A stretch of DNA of 64,000 nt from a virus (lineage: Duplodnaviria; Caudoviricetes), in the IMG/VR virus record IMGVR_UViG_3300031857_000001. One strand, written 5' to 3'. This document shows positions 56,523-64,000 of this stretch, in pieces (the first letter of the stretch is position 1; every line of letters starts with the position of its first letter). The position numbers were made by a program, and so were the translations under genes. The notes under the pieces are model-generated. The model did no database searches and was not told the origin of the DNA. It saw only the letters and a list, made by a program, of their open reading frames with translations.

Positions 56523-56558
56523 TATTTATATTATTGATAAAGTGTTTAAATTAACTTA

Positions 56559-58382
56559 ATGGAAAATAATAAACAGTTAACCGTATGGCAAAGATTAACA
56601 AGAGCGTTTGGACCGAACGCATTACTTAATCAAGATTACCCAACATATAAGTTTGACAAACAAGAACTATTAAAGACTACCTCAAAACAGGAATATGAAA
56701 AAGAGTTATTACAGGCTCAACAAACATATTATCTTGCAAATCAGTGGACTAAAATTGAAAGTAATCTTTATACCCAAGCGGTATATTACGAACCAACAAG
56801 ATTGGCATCATTTTATGATTACGAATCAATGGAATATACGCCAGAGATTTCTGCTGCCTTGGACATATACGGAGAAGAATCCACTACAGTTGACCAAAAT
56901 GGTTATATGTTGCAGATTTATTCTGAGTCAAAAAGAATTAAAGGTATTTTAACTGATTTATTTAATAATGTATTAGATATTAACACAAACTTACCAATGT
57001 GGACAAGAAACACTTGTAAGTATGGTGATAATTTTGTGTATTTAAAATTGGATTCTGATAAGGGTGTTGTTGGATGTATGCAACTTCCAAATATTGAAAT
57101 TGAACGTTTGGAAAGAGGTATGCCGGCAAAAAGTCAAAATGTTGAGGACCCAAAAGAAAATAGAGGTTTAAGATTTAAATGGAAAGCAAAAGACATGGAG
57201 TTTAACTCGTGGGAGATAGCTCACTTTAGATTAATGGGCGACGATAGAAAACTTCCTTATGGTACTTCTATGTTAGAAAAAGCTCGTCGCATTTGGAAAC
57301 AATTATTGTTGTCAGAAGATGCAATGTTGATATATAGAACATCAAGAGCCCCTGAAAGAAGAGTATTTAAAGTATTTGTTGGTAACATGGATGATAAAGA
57401 TGTTGAGGCATATGTACAACGTGTGGCTAACAAATTTAAAAGAAGTCAAGTTGTAGATAGTCAAACAGGTAATGTTGATTTGAGATTTAATCAAATGGCG
57501 GTCGACCAAGATTATTTTATCCCTGTTCGTGACCCGGCTCAATCATCTCCAATTGAAACATTAGACGGAGCTAAAAACCTGTCTGAAATTGCGGATATTG
57601 AATACATCCAAAAGAAATTATTGACCGCACTTCGTGTACCTAAAGCGTTTTTAGGATTTGAGGAAGTTGTTGGTGAAGGTAAAAATTTATCACTACAGGA
57701 TATTCGTTTTGCTCGAACAATTAACAGAATTCAAAAGTGTATGATTGCGGAAATGAACAAAATCGCAATTATTCATCTTTTTTTACTAGGTTTTGAGGAC
57801 GAATTAACTAATTTCACTTTAGGATTAACTAACCCATCAACCCAAGCCGATTTACTTAAAATTGATGTTTGGAAAGAAAAGATGTTATTATACAAAGACG
57901 CAGTTGCGGCAATCGAAGGTATTGCTCCTGTATCGGTTTCTTGGGCTAAGAAACATATTTTAGGTTTCTCTGACGAAGAAATTAAACTTGATTTACAACA
58001 ACAAAGAATTGAAAAAGCGGTAGGTGCCGAGTTAACAAACACTGCAACAATTATTGCTCATACAGGTGTATTTGATAATGTGGATAAATTATATGGAGGT
58101 CCGGGTACAGGGGCAACCGCATCATCTGAAGCGACTCCTCCACCACCTCCGGGAGGTGATATGGGAGGATTAGGACCTGAACCTGGAGGGGCCGAATTAC
58201 CGCCTCCACCCCCACCAGGAGGTGAAGCCGGAATTACTCCCGAATCAGAAAATAGAGATAATCTAAATATTTTATTAGAATCGGACTCTGTGTTTGAAGA
58301 AGATTCTTACATAGATTTATCTAAAGCAAGAAATTCATTAGGTCAAATGGAATCTCAACTAGAAAAACTTCTGAGAGATTGA
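56559..58382 (+). CDS. Portal protein (T4 gp20-like)
   Basis: YRTSRAPERRVFKVFVGNM, QDYFIPVR, DIEYIQKKLLTALRVPKAFL and DIRFARTINRIQ. Confidence 0.95.
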   Translation: MENNKQLTVWQRLTRAFGPNALLNQDYPTYKFDKQELLKTTSKQEYEKELLQAQQTYYLANQWTKIESNLYTQAVYYEPTRLASFYDYESMEYTPEISAALDIYGEESTTVDQNGYMLQIYSESKRIKGILTDLFNNVLDINTNLPMWTRNTCKYGDNFVYLKLDSDKGVVGCMQLPNIEIERLERGMPAKSQNVEDPKENRGLRFKWKAKDMEFNSWEIAHFRLMGDDRKLPYGTSMLEKARRIWKQLLLSEDAMLIYRTSRAPERRVFKVFVGNMDDKDVEAYVQRVANKFKRSQVVDSQTGNVDLRFNQMAVDQDYFIPVRDPAQSSPIETLDGAKNLSEIADIEYIQKKLLTALRVPKAFLGFEEVVGEGKNLSLQDIRFARTINRIQKCMIAEMNKIAIIHLFLLGFEDELTNFTLGLTNPSTQADLLKIDVWKEKMLLYKDAVAAIEGIAPVSVSWAKKHILGFSDEEIKLDLQQQRIEKAVGAELTNTATIIAHTGVFDNVDKLYGGPGTGATASSEATPPPPPGGDMGGLGPEPGGAELPPPPPPGGEAGITPESENRDNLNILLESDSVFEEDSYIDLSKARNSLGQMESQLEKLLRD

Positions 58383-58402
58383 TATTTATAATAAAAAAGA
58401 AA

Positions 58403-59125
58403 ATGATTAAGTTCGGAAATATTAAATCAAAGATTGAAGAAAAGTTACTTGAATCTTATTCTAACAATACTTTTAAATCTGAAATGAAGACTTTTAAGTC
58501 TTTGGTTTTAGGTAATAAAAATATTAGTAAACTATTTTATCTTTACGATGAGATGAGTTCTAATAAAGGTTTAAATGAATCTTTGGTTAATGACTACATT
58601 TATGAGTGTATTACAGTTTATGAAAATACCGTAAATAAAATCGACGAATCTACAATCTCTAAATTGAAATCTTGGGTTTCAAATGTTAAGTGTGACAACA
58701 AATATGAAAATATTGACAATTTATTTTCAACTGATGTTTTAACAATTGAATCTCGTTTAAAGAGTAAAAAAATTATTTCTGAAAATTTAATTAAATCACC
58801 TGAAACCAAAAAGACAGAAACTGTTAATTTACCAATATCAACAATGGTTAATATTGCAAATAAAACATTTTCAAATTATGTCGAAAATTTAAATGAATCT
58901 GATAGACAGGAATTAATTAAATTTTTAAAGACAGAGGATTCTGAATTAGAACCACAATTTGAGTCAATTAAAGATGAGGTTAAATCAAAATTAACTTCAT
59001 TAAAAGAAAACACGACAGATACTGACACTTTAAATAGAGTTGAGGAAACAATAACAAAAGTTGATTCTGAGACGTATAACAAATTGTCATTCTTCAAATT
59101 AAAAGGATTAAACGAAAGCCTTTAA
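58403..59125 (+). CDS. Hypothetical head-module protein
   Basis: Likely start MIKFGNIKS after TATTTAT at 58383. Confidence 0.75.
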   Translation: MIKFGNIKSKIEEKLLESYSNNTFKSEMKTFKSLVLGNKNISKLFYLYDEMSSNKGLNESLVNDYIYECITVYENTVNKIDESTISKLKSWVSNVKCDNKYENIDNLFSTDVLTIESRLKSKKIISENLIKSPETKKTETVNLPISTMVNIANKTFSNYVENLNESDRQELIKFLKTEDSELEPQFESIKDEVKSKLTSLKENTTDTDTLNRVEETITKVDSETYNKLSFFKLKGLNESL

Positions 59126-59313
59126 TTTTCGGAATCTTTCTTTTTTTGAACGTATTTGGCTTTTTTAAGAATATCTCTCTTTTTAACAGATTTTTTGGTA
59201 TATTCTTTTCTATTAACCAACTCAGCGGTTTGTTTTGTTCTAATAACCTTGCTCTTGAGAATTTTAAGTGCCTTCTCAATGTTCGTATGTTTATCTAACT
59301 TAACAATTATCAT
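59122..59313 (-). CDS. rpsU: Phage-encoded 30S ribosomal protein bS21
   Basis: IEKALKILKSKV..T....EL..RKEYTK.SV.KR pattern, 63 aa and basic, located between portal and prohead protease. Confidence 0.82.
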   Translation of the reverse strand: MIIVKLDKHTNIEKALKILKSKVIRTKQTAELVNRKEYTKKSVKKRDILKKAKYVQKKKDSEN

Positions 59314-59404
59314 ATATAAGAAATATCTCTAAATGAATTTTTTTTTGACTATCGATACAAATATACTTATTTTTTTTAAAAATAAACTTGTATAATATGA
59401 AAAG

Positions 59405-59878
59405 TTGATGAAAAAGGGGAAGACCTCACAAATTCAGGGGTTCAAAACAGCCAAGGTAATCTATGGCACAGTTGATTCGGTTAATTTCAAATCAGTATAC
59501 CTCAACATTCAAACATGGGTTGACCCCAAAATAAACTCAGAAAATTGGAATAGGATAGTTTTAAACTTAAGTAGGGCAATAAAACATTCAGTTTTAGAAT
59601 CATTAGATAAAATTTTATTTGATAACAAATTTATAGTTGATTTAGATTTAAGGTCTAGTGGTTTACAAAAAGGAAAAAAGTCATTTTTAAATTTAGAAAT
59701 AAATTTTTACTTATCAGGTTCAGAAACGGATTTCAAGTCAAGGAGAATTAAAGATGCTTTAAAAAAAGTATGTAAACAAGTATTCCAAGATAATTTTACA
59801 AATAACGAATATTTTAAATTTCACTTAACCAAAACTAAAAAAACTAAGGTAGAAAAAACAGAAACCGATAATCTTTAA
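59405..59878 (+). CDS. Hypothetical protein divergent from bS21
   Basis: 157-aa ORF, FIVDLDLRSSG...KKSFLNLEI. Confidence 0.75.
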   Translation: MMKKGKTSQIQGFKTAKVIYGTVDSVNFKSVYLNIQTWVDPKINSENWNRIVLNLSRAIKHSVLESLDKILFDNKFIVDLDLRSSGLQKGKKSFLNLEINFYLSGSETDFKSRRIKDALKKVCKQVFQDNFTNNEYFKFHLTKTKKTKVEKTETDNL

Positions 59879-59900
59879 TATTTATAAAGAAAAATTAAAG

Positions 59901-60626
59901 ATGAATCATCAAATCATACAACCTGGTCAAATCGGAAAGGGAATACTTGTTGAATACGACGCAGGGTATATATCACCAACCGAACAACGTAATGCGGATT
60001 TAATACGTGAATCTAAGGGAATGCTTGACCACTCAAAACCATTTGAGTTCTATGCGGTATTACAAAAGTATAATACCCCAAATAGAAACGGAAGAGTATA
60101 TCCTGAGAAAGTATTAAAGAGAGAAGCGGATAATTATAAAAAAATGATTGACAAGGGTATTGCGTTATCTGAACTTAACCACCCTGAATCTTCACTTGTT
60201 GATTTAGATAGAGTTTCACATGCAATAACTGAAATATGGTGGGAAGGACCTGTTTTAATGGGTAAATTAAAACTATTAACTTCACCAGGGTTTCATGAAA
60301 GAGGAATTGTTTCAACTAAGGGAGACCAAGCCGCAAATCTGTTAAGACAAGGTGTTACTTTAGGTATTTCATCTCGTGGAGTTGGGTCTTTAAAAAAGGT
60401 TGGAGAACATAATGAAGTTCAGAATGATTTTGAAATAATTTGTTTTGACCTTGTGTGGTCACCATCTACACCTGGCGCTTATTTATTCTTAGAACCAAAT
60501 GATAGATTTAATTTTGAAGAAAACTTAGAGGAAGAGAATAAAATGAAGTCTCAAAGAGTTTCTGATGAAAGTTCAAACAAATCGCTTGACTTAATGAAAA
60601 AATTGAACGATTATTTGAAGTACTAA
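59901..60626 (+). CDS. Prohead core protein protease (T4 gp21-like)
   Basis: NRNGRVYP, SELNHP, RVSH and LGISSRGVGS...DFEIICFDLV..PSTPGA. Confidence 0.95.
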   Translation: MNHQIIQPGQIGKGILVEYDAGYISPTEQRNADLIRESKGMLDHSKPFEFYAVLQKYNTPNRNGRVYPEKVLKREADNYKKMIDKGIALSELNHPESSLVDLDRVSHAITEIWWEGPVLMGKLKLLTSPGFHERGIVSTKGDQAANLLRQGVTLGISSRGVGSLKKVGEHNEVQNDFEIICFDLVWSPSTPGAYLFLEPNDRFNFEENLEEENKMKSQRVSDESSNKSLDLMKKLNDYLKY

Positions 60627-60637
60627 AAATAATAAAA

Positions 60638-60847
60638 ATGAACGAAAAATATTTTGTAGCAAAAATTACAACAGACATGCCTGACACAGAGACAGGTAAA
60701 ATTAAAAAACTAAGACAAGAAAAATTAGTTAAAGGTTTTTCACCAACAGATGTAGAGGCAAAAGTGACTAAAGTTTTTGAAAATTATTCTGAAGATTGGA
60801 GAATAACTGCAATTGTTGAAAGTAAGATTGATGAGGTGATAGAATAA
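60638..60847 (+). CDS. Small conserved phage protein
   Basis: 69-aa ORF after the protease. Confidence 0.7.
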   Translation: MNEKYFVAKITTDMPDTETGKIKKLRQEKLVKGFSPTDVEAKVTKVFENYSEDWRITAIVESKIDEVIE

Positions 60848-60869
60848 TCTTAGTATAACAATAAGAAAG

Positions 60870-60897
60870 AAAAGGAGGGTTTATCCCTCCTTTTTTT
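60870..60897 (+). terminator. Intrinsic terminator
   Basis: AAAAGGAGGG-TTTA-TCCCTCCTTTT. Confidence 0.8.
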
Positions 60898-60977
60898 ATT
60901 TTATTTAATTCAAAATATCAATTATAGATAATTTTTTTGAATTTGTACAATATTTATATAAAAATTAAAAACCAAAA

Positions 60978-62471
60978 ATGGCAAAAGAAAAATCAATTGT
61001 TGAAGAGGCAATCATCCAAATGAAAAACTTGGAAGAAGCGGTTGCTGAAAATGCAAAAGGAATACTTGCTTCTACTATGAAGGAAGAAATCAAAGAACTA
61101 GTAAAGGAATCTCTATCTGAACAAGAAGAAGAAGAGATTGGAATGACTGATGTAGACATGGAAGGACCTGAAATGGAAACAGATGACGAAATGGATTCTG
61201 ATGACATGGAAATGGGTATGGACATGGATACTGATGACGAAGAGGAAGATATGGAAGAACCAATCGACCTTACCGACAAGTCAGACGAAGAAGTACTTCG
61301 TGTATTTCAACTTATGGGACCTGATGACAACATCATCGTTACAAAAGACGATGCTGGTAACATCAATATCAAAGATGAAGAAAATGAATACATGATTGTA
61401 GGTGAATCTGACGAAGAAATGGAAGAAGAATTCTATGAGGGAGAAGAAATGGAAGAATCTATGGAAATGGAAGAAGAATCCGATGAAATGGAAAAACCAT
61501 ATTCTACTGACGAATCAATTGAAGACATTGTTTCTAGAATGTTTGATGATGAAGAATCAGACGAAGAAGAAATGGATTCGGACGATGACATGGAATTTAG
61601 CGATGAATATTCAGAAGGTGATGAGATTATGTACGAAATCGAAATGTCTGATGACTCCGATAATGAAGAGGAGGGAGAAGAAAATGAAGGGATTATGTAC
61701 GAAATCGAAATGTCTGATGAAGACAATGAAGAGGAAGAGTATGACGAATACAATGAATCTTTAGAAGAGTCTAAAAAGGCGTTCAAAGCAAAAGGTAAGA
61801 ACACGGGTAAACCAAAATTCTCATATAATAAAAATCCAAATCAAGGCGAAGGTTTTAAAGTTCTTAAAAAGAATCCTGACAAAACTATGGGTACAGGTAA
61901 CGCTAAAAAAGTTAATGTATACAAAGATAAGGAAACTCTTGATGGTGAATTTAAACACAAGCCAAAGAAAGTGGAATCAAATGAAGCATCAAGAACACTT
62001 GGTAGTGGCAAAAGATGGGGTAGAAAAGGTTTGAACAAACCAAAAGCGGCTCCACGTCACTTAAAAGTTGAGTCTGTAGATTCTTCTGAATTACAAATTC
62101 TTAGAGAGAAAAACGAAGAGTACAGAAAGGCACTTAACGTGTTCAGAAATAAATTAAACGAAGTTGCGGTTTTTAATTCAAATTTGGCCTATGCAACACG
62201 TTTGTTTACCGAACACTCAACATCTAAGCAAGAAAAAATTAACATCTTGAAAAGATTTGACGGTGTTGAAACTCTTAAAGAATCAAAGAATTTGTATAAA
62301 ACAATCAAGGAAGAACTTTCAACTGTACAAAGTCAACCAATGAATGAGTCAATCGAGCGTAAAATTGAATCGACTCCATCGACAGGTTCTGCGGTTAACT
62401 TAATTGAGTCAAAAACTTATGAAAATCCTCAATTCCTCAGAATGAAAGACTTGATGGCAAAATTAAAATAA
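60978..62471 (+). CDS. Prohead core scaffolding protein (gp22-like)
   Basis: Extremely acidic centre, coiled-coil C-terminus, directly upstream of the MCP. Contains a duplicated IMYEIEMSD. Confidence 0.8.
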   Translation: MAKEKSIVEEAIIQMKNLEEAVAENAKGILASTMKEEIKELVKESLSEQEEEEIGMTDVDMEGPEMETDDEMDSDDMEMGMDMDTDDEEEDMEEPIDLTDKSDEEVLRVFQLMGPDDNIIVTKDDAGNINIKDEENEYMIVGESDEEMEEEFYEGEEMEESMEMEEESDEMEKPYSTDESIEDIVSRMFDDEESDEEEMDSDDDMEFSDEYSEGDEIMYEIEMSDDSDNEEEGEENEGIMYEIEMSDEDNEEEEYDEYNESLEESKKAFKAKGKNTGKPKFSYNKNPNQGEGFKVLKKNPDKTMGTGNAKKVNVYKDKETLDGEFKHKPKKVESNEASRTLGSGKRWGRKGLNKPKAAPRHLKVESVDSSELQILREKNEEYRKALNVFRNKLNEVAVFNSNLAYATRLFTEHSTSKQEKINILKRFDGVETLKESKNLYKTIKEELSTVQSQPMNESIERKIESTPSTGSAVNLIESKTYENPQFLRMKDLMAKLK

Positions 62472-62498
62472 ACTCAAAATTAAATAAAAATTAAAACA

Positions 62499-64000
62499 AT
62501 GGGAGCATTATTAGAATCAGGTCTTGTTGGTAACATTGGTCTTAAGCACCTTAAAGTTATCAAAGAAGATACTATTAACAAATGGGACAAATTAGGGTTC
62601 CTTGAAGGTCTTAAGGGCCACCTAAAAGAGAACGTAGCTCAGCTTTATGAAAACCAAGCTAGTTACTTGATTAACGAAGCAACTTCTGACGGTTCTTCAG
62701 GTTCATTCGAAACTGTTGTATTCCCAATCGTTAGACGTGTATTCTCAAAATTACTTGCTAATGATATCGTATCAGTACAAGCTATGAACTTACCTATCGG
62801 TAAATTGTTCTACTTCGTACCTAAGATTCAGGCTTATGCGGGTGGTAACCCATATTTTGACCCACAAACACCATTAAATAATTATGATGGTTCTTCAGGT
62901 TCTCACTTGGGTCCTGTAGGTGCTCCTGGTAACTACCCTGGTTCACCAACATCAGGATATACAACTGGTAACCAATTCCAAAAGAATCTTTATGATTTGT
63001 TCTATGAAGGTAACGAAGGTCAATTAGACCCTCCAGGTTTGTTTGACTATTCAAAAGGTCAGTGGTCTGCAATTACAGTTACTACAAATGTTCAAGTTTG
63101 GTCAAACGGAACATTGATTGACTATACTAACGAATTCGAAGGTTTGAATGTTAGAAAAGTTATCGTTTCTATGTGTGGTTTTGCTAACGCAGGTAACGGT
63201 AAATTGATTGGTCCTGATGGTAATGAGTATGACTCAGAAACTTTCTTGTCTGACTTGAGAATTTACTCAACAAATGACTTCCAAGGTGGTGGTTGTACAA
63301 ACTTATTGGACGACGCTGGTAATCCAAATTCATTATTGTTCAGAGTTGTTACTCAACAATATGGTCAAGGTATCGTTTCAGGTTTGAATGTTCGTACTGC
63401 AACAACATGGCCAACTGACGGAAATGGTGGTTCTTATAATGATATTTGTAGCCCAACAGGTTGCATCTACTTAGAAGTTGACCTTTCTTGTCCAATTTGT
63501 GCTACTTGTGATTCAACATCTTTAGATGGTTACACAGGTACAACTATTAGCGGTCTTGGTGTTAATGACTTTAACGCTGTATTCAGACGTTATAAGAACT
63601 TAGAATTCGAAGACCAAATCGGTGAGGTTTCTTTTGACCTTGAGTCTGTAACTGTTTCAGTTGCTGAAAGAAAGTTAAGAGCTCAGTGGTCTCCAGAACT
63701 TGCACAAGACGTTGCGGCATTCCACAACATCGACGCTGAAGCTGAATTGACAGCTTTATTGTCAGAGCAAGTTGCTGCTGAAATTGACCGTGAAATTCTT
63801 CGTGACCTTCGTAAGGGTGCCGCTTGGAACTTACGTTGGGACTACAACGGTTGGAGAAGAATTTCTCAAACTACATCTTACACTCAGAAAGATTGGAACC
63901 AAACATTGATTACTGTAATCAACCAATTGTCAGCTCAAATCCACAAGTCAACTCTTCGTGGTGGAGCTAACTGGATTGTTGTATCATCTGAAGTTTCAGC
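62499..64000 (+). CDS. Major capsid protein (T4 gp23-like), 3' end outside window
   Basis: Open frame MGALLESG...YLINE/ATSD...PIVRRVF...DIVSVQAM...RKLRAQWSPELAQDVAAFHNIDAEAELTALLSEQVAAEIDREIL. Absent from the ORF track because it has no stop. Confidence 0.97.
   Translation, partial: MGALLESGLVGNIGLKHLKVIKEDTINKWDKLGFLEGLKGHLKENVAQLYENQASYLINEATSDGSSGSFETVVFPIVRRVFSKLLANDIVSVQAMNLPIGKLFYFVPKIQAYAGGNPYFDPQTPLNNYDGSSGSHLGPVGAPGNYPGSPTSGYTTGNQFQKNLYDLFYEGNEGQLDPPGLFDYSKGQWSAITVTTNVQVWSNGTLIDYTNEFEGLNVRKVIVSMCGFANAGNGKLIGPDGNEYDSETFLSDLRIYSTNDFQGGGCTNLLDDAGNPNSLLFRVVTQQYGQGIVSGLNVRTATTWPTDGNGGSYNDICSPTGCIYLEVDLSCPICATCDSTSLDGYTGTTISGLGVNDFNAVFRRYKNLEFEDQIGEVSFDLESVTVSVAERKLRAQWSPELAQDVAAFHNIDAEAELTALLSEQVAAEIDREILRDLRKGAAWNLRWDYNGWRRISQTTSYTQKDWNQTLITVINQLSAQIHKSTLRGGANWIVVSSEVS

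Larger units (their letters stand above)
8101..59365. promoter_or_regulatory. Dispersed Bacteroidota primary-sigma promoters (TAnnTTTG, -7 element)
   Basis: e.g. 8101, 8990, 17991, 29533, 30426, 31038, 33018, 34635, 36721, 39499, 41154, 41257, 41354, 45315, and minus strand 59358-59365. Confidence 0.85.
4221..60957. promoter_or_regulatory. Dispersed putative late promoter motif TATTTAT (more than 20 copies)
   Basis: Found just upstream of gene starts, e.g. 4221, 7186, 11135, 14872, 19836, 21324, 24404, 25843, 26123, 43343, 44199, 46158, 48922, 50641, 54739 (terminase), 56523 (portal), 58383, 59879 (protease) and 60951 (scaffold). Confidence 0.75.

Noticed and set aside
54762-58382. Inteins or introns in terminase and portal
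   Set aside because: Lengths and motif spacing are normal, with no intein C/S...HN boundaries or frame breaks.
61625-61720. 30-nt direct repeat in the scaffold gene
   Set aside because: A simple intragenic duplication (IMYEIEMSD) in a low-complexity acidic region, with no evidence of a DNA-level role.
1-64000. Bacterial chromosome interpretation (dnaK, clpC, nusG, thyA, ssrA, tRNAs)
   Set aside because: These genes are interspersed with a complete T4-like head module and late-motif genes, without bacterial operon context (no grpE/dnaJ, no secE/rplK next to nusG).
1-64000. Stop-codon reassignment as seen in some large phages
   Set aside because: Long conserved genes are intact under code 11, TAG and TGA both terminate genuine genes (e.g. 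4208, 7589), and I found no suppressor tRNA.
1-64000. CRISPR array
   Set aside because: No regularly spaced direct repeats with unique spacers. The repeats found are intragenic or promoter motifs.

Overview
This is a 64-kb segment of a very large, AT-rich T4-like tailed phage, not a bacterial chromosome. The right end carries the head-assembly module: terminase gp17, portal gp20, prohead protease gp21, scaffold/core proteins and the major capsid protein gp23, which runs off the window. A phage ribosomal protein bS21 gene sits inside that module, the layout reported for bS21-encoding large phages of Bacteroidota. The host assignment to Bacteroidota is supported by many TAnnTTTG primary-sigma promoters, type IX secretion (T9SS) sorting domains and DUF2452. 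The rest is an accessory and host-takeover region: ThyA, GMP reductase/IMPDH, an AsnRS-like catalytic domain, RmlC, a thioesterase, DnaK, a ClpC-like ATPase, an FKBP PPIase, NusG, a PAS histidine kinase/response regulator operon, T9SS cargo proteins, a beta-barrel, peptidases and three HNH nucleases. The RNA content is unusually rich: seven tRNAs (tRNA-Arg(UCU) split by a 209-nt group I intron, plus a rare tRNA-Ile(UAU)), two aberrant tRNA-like RNAs, a tmRNA with an atypical tag, an ~800-nt GOLLD-like RNA and an unassigned ~370-nt structured RNA. Three of these RNA loci begin with an rRNA-type boxA. A second promoter motif, TATTTAT, marks structural/late genes, and many of those proteins share an N-terminal L/I-x-E motif that looks like a capsid-targeting and maturation signal. 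All calls come from reading motifs by eye; no database searches were run.
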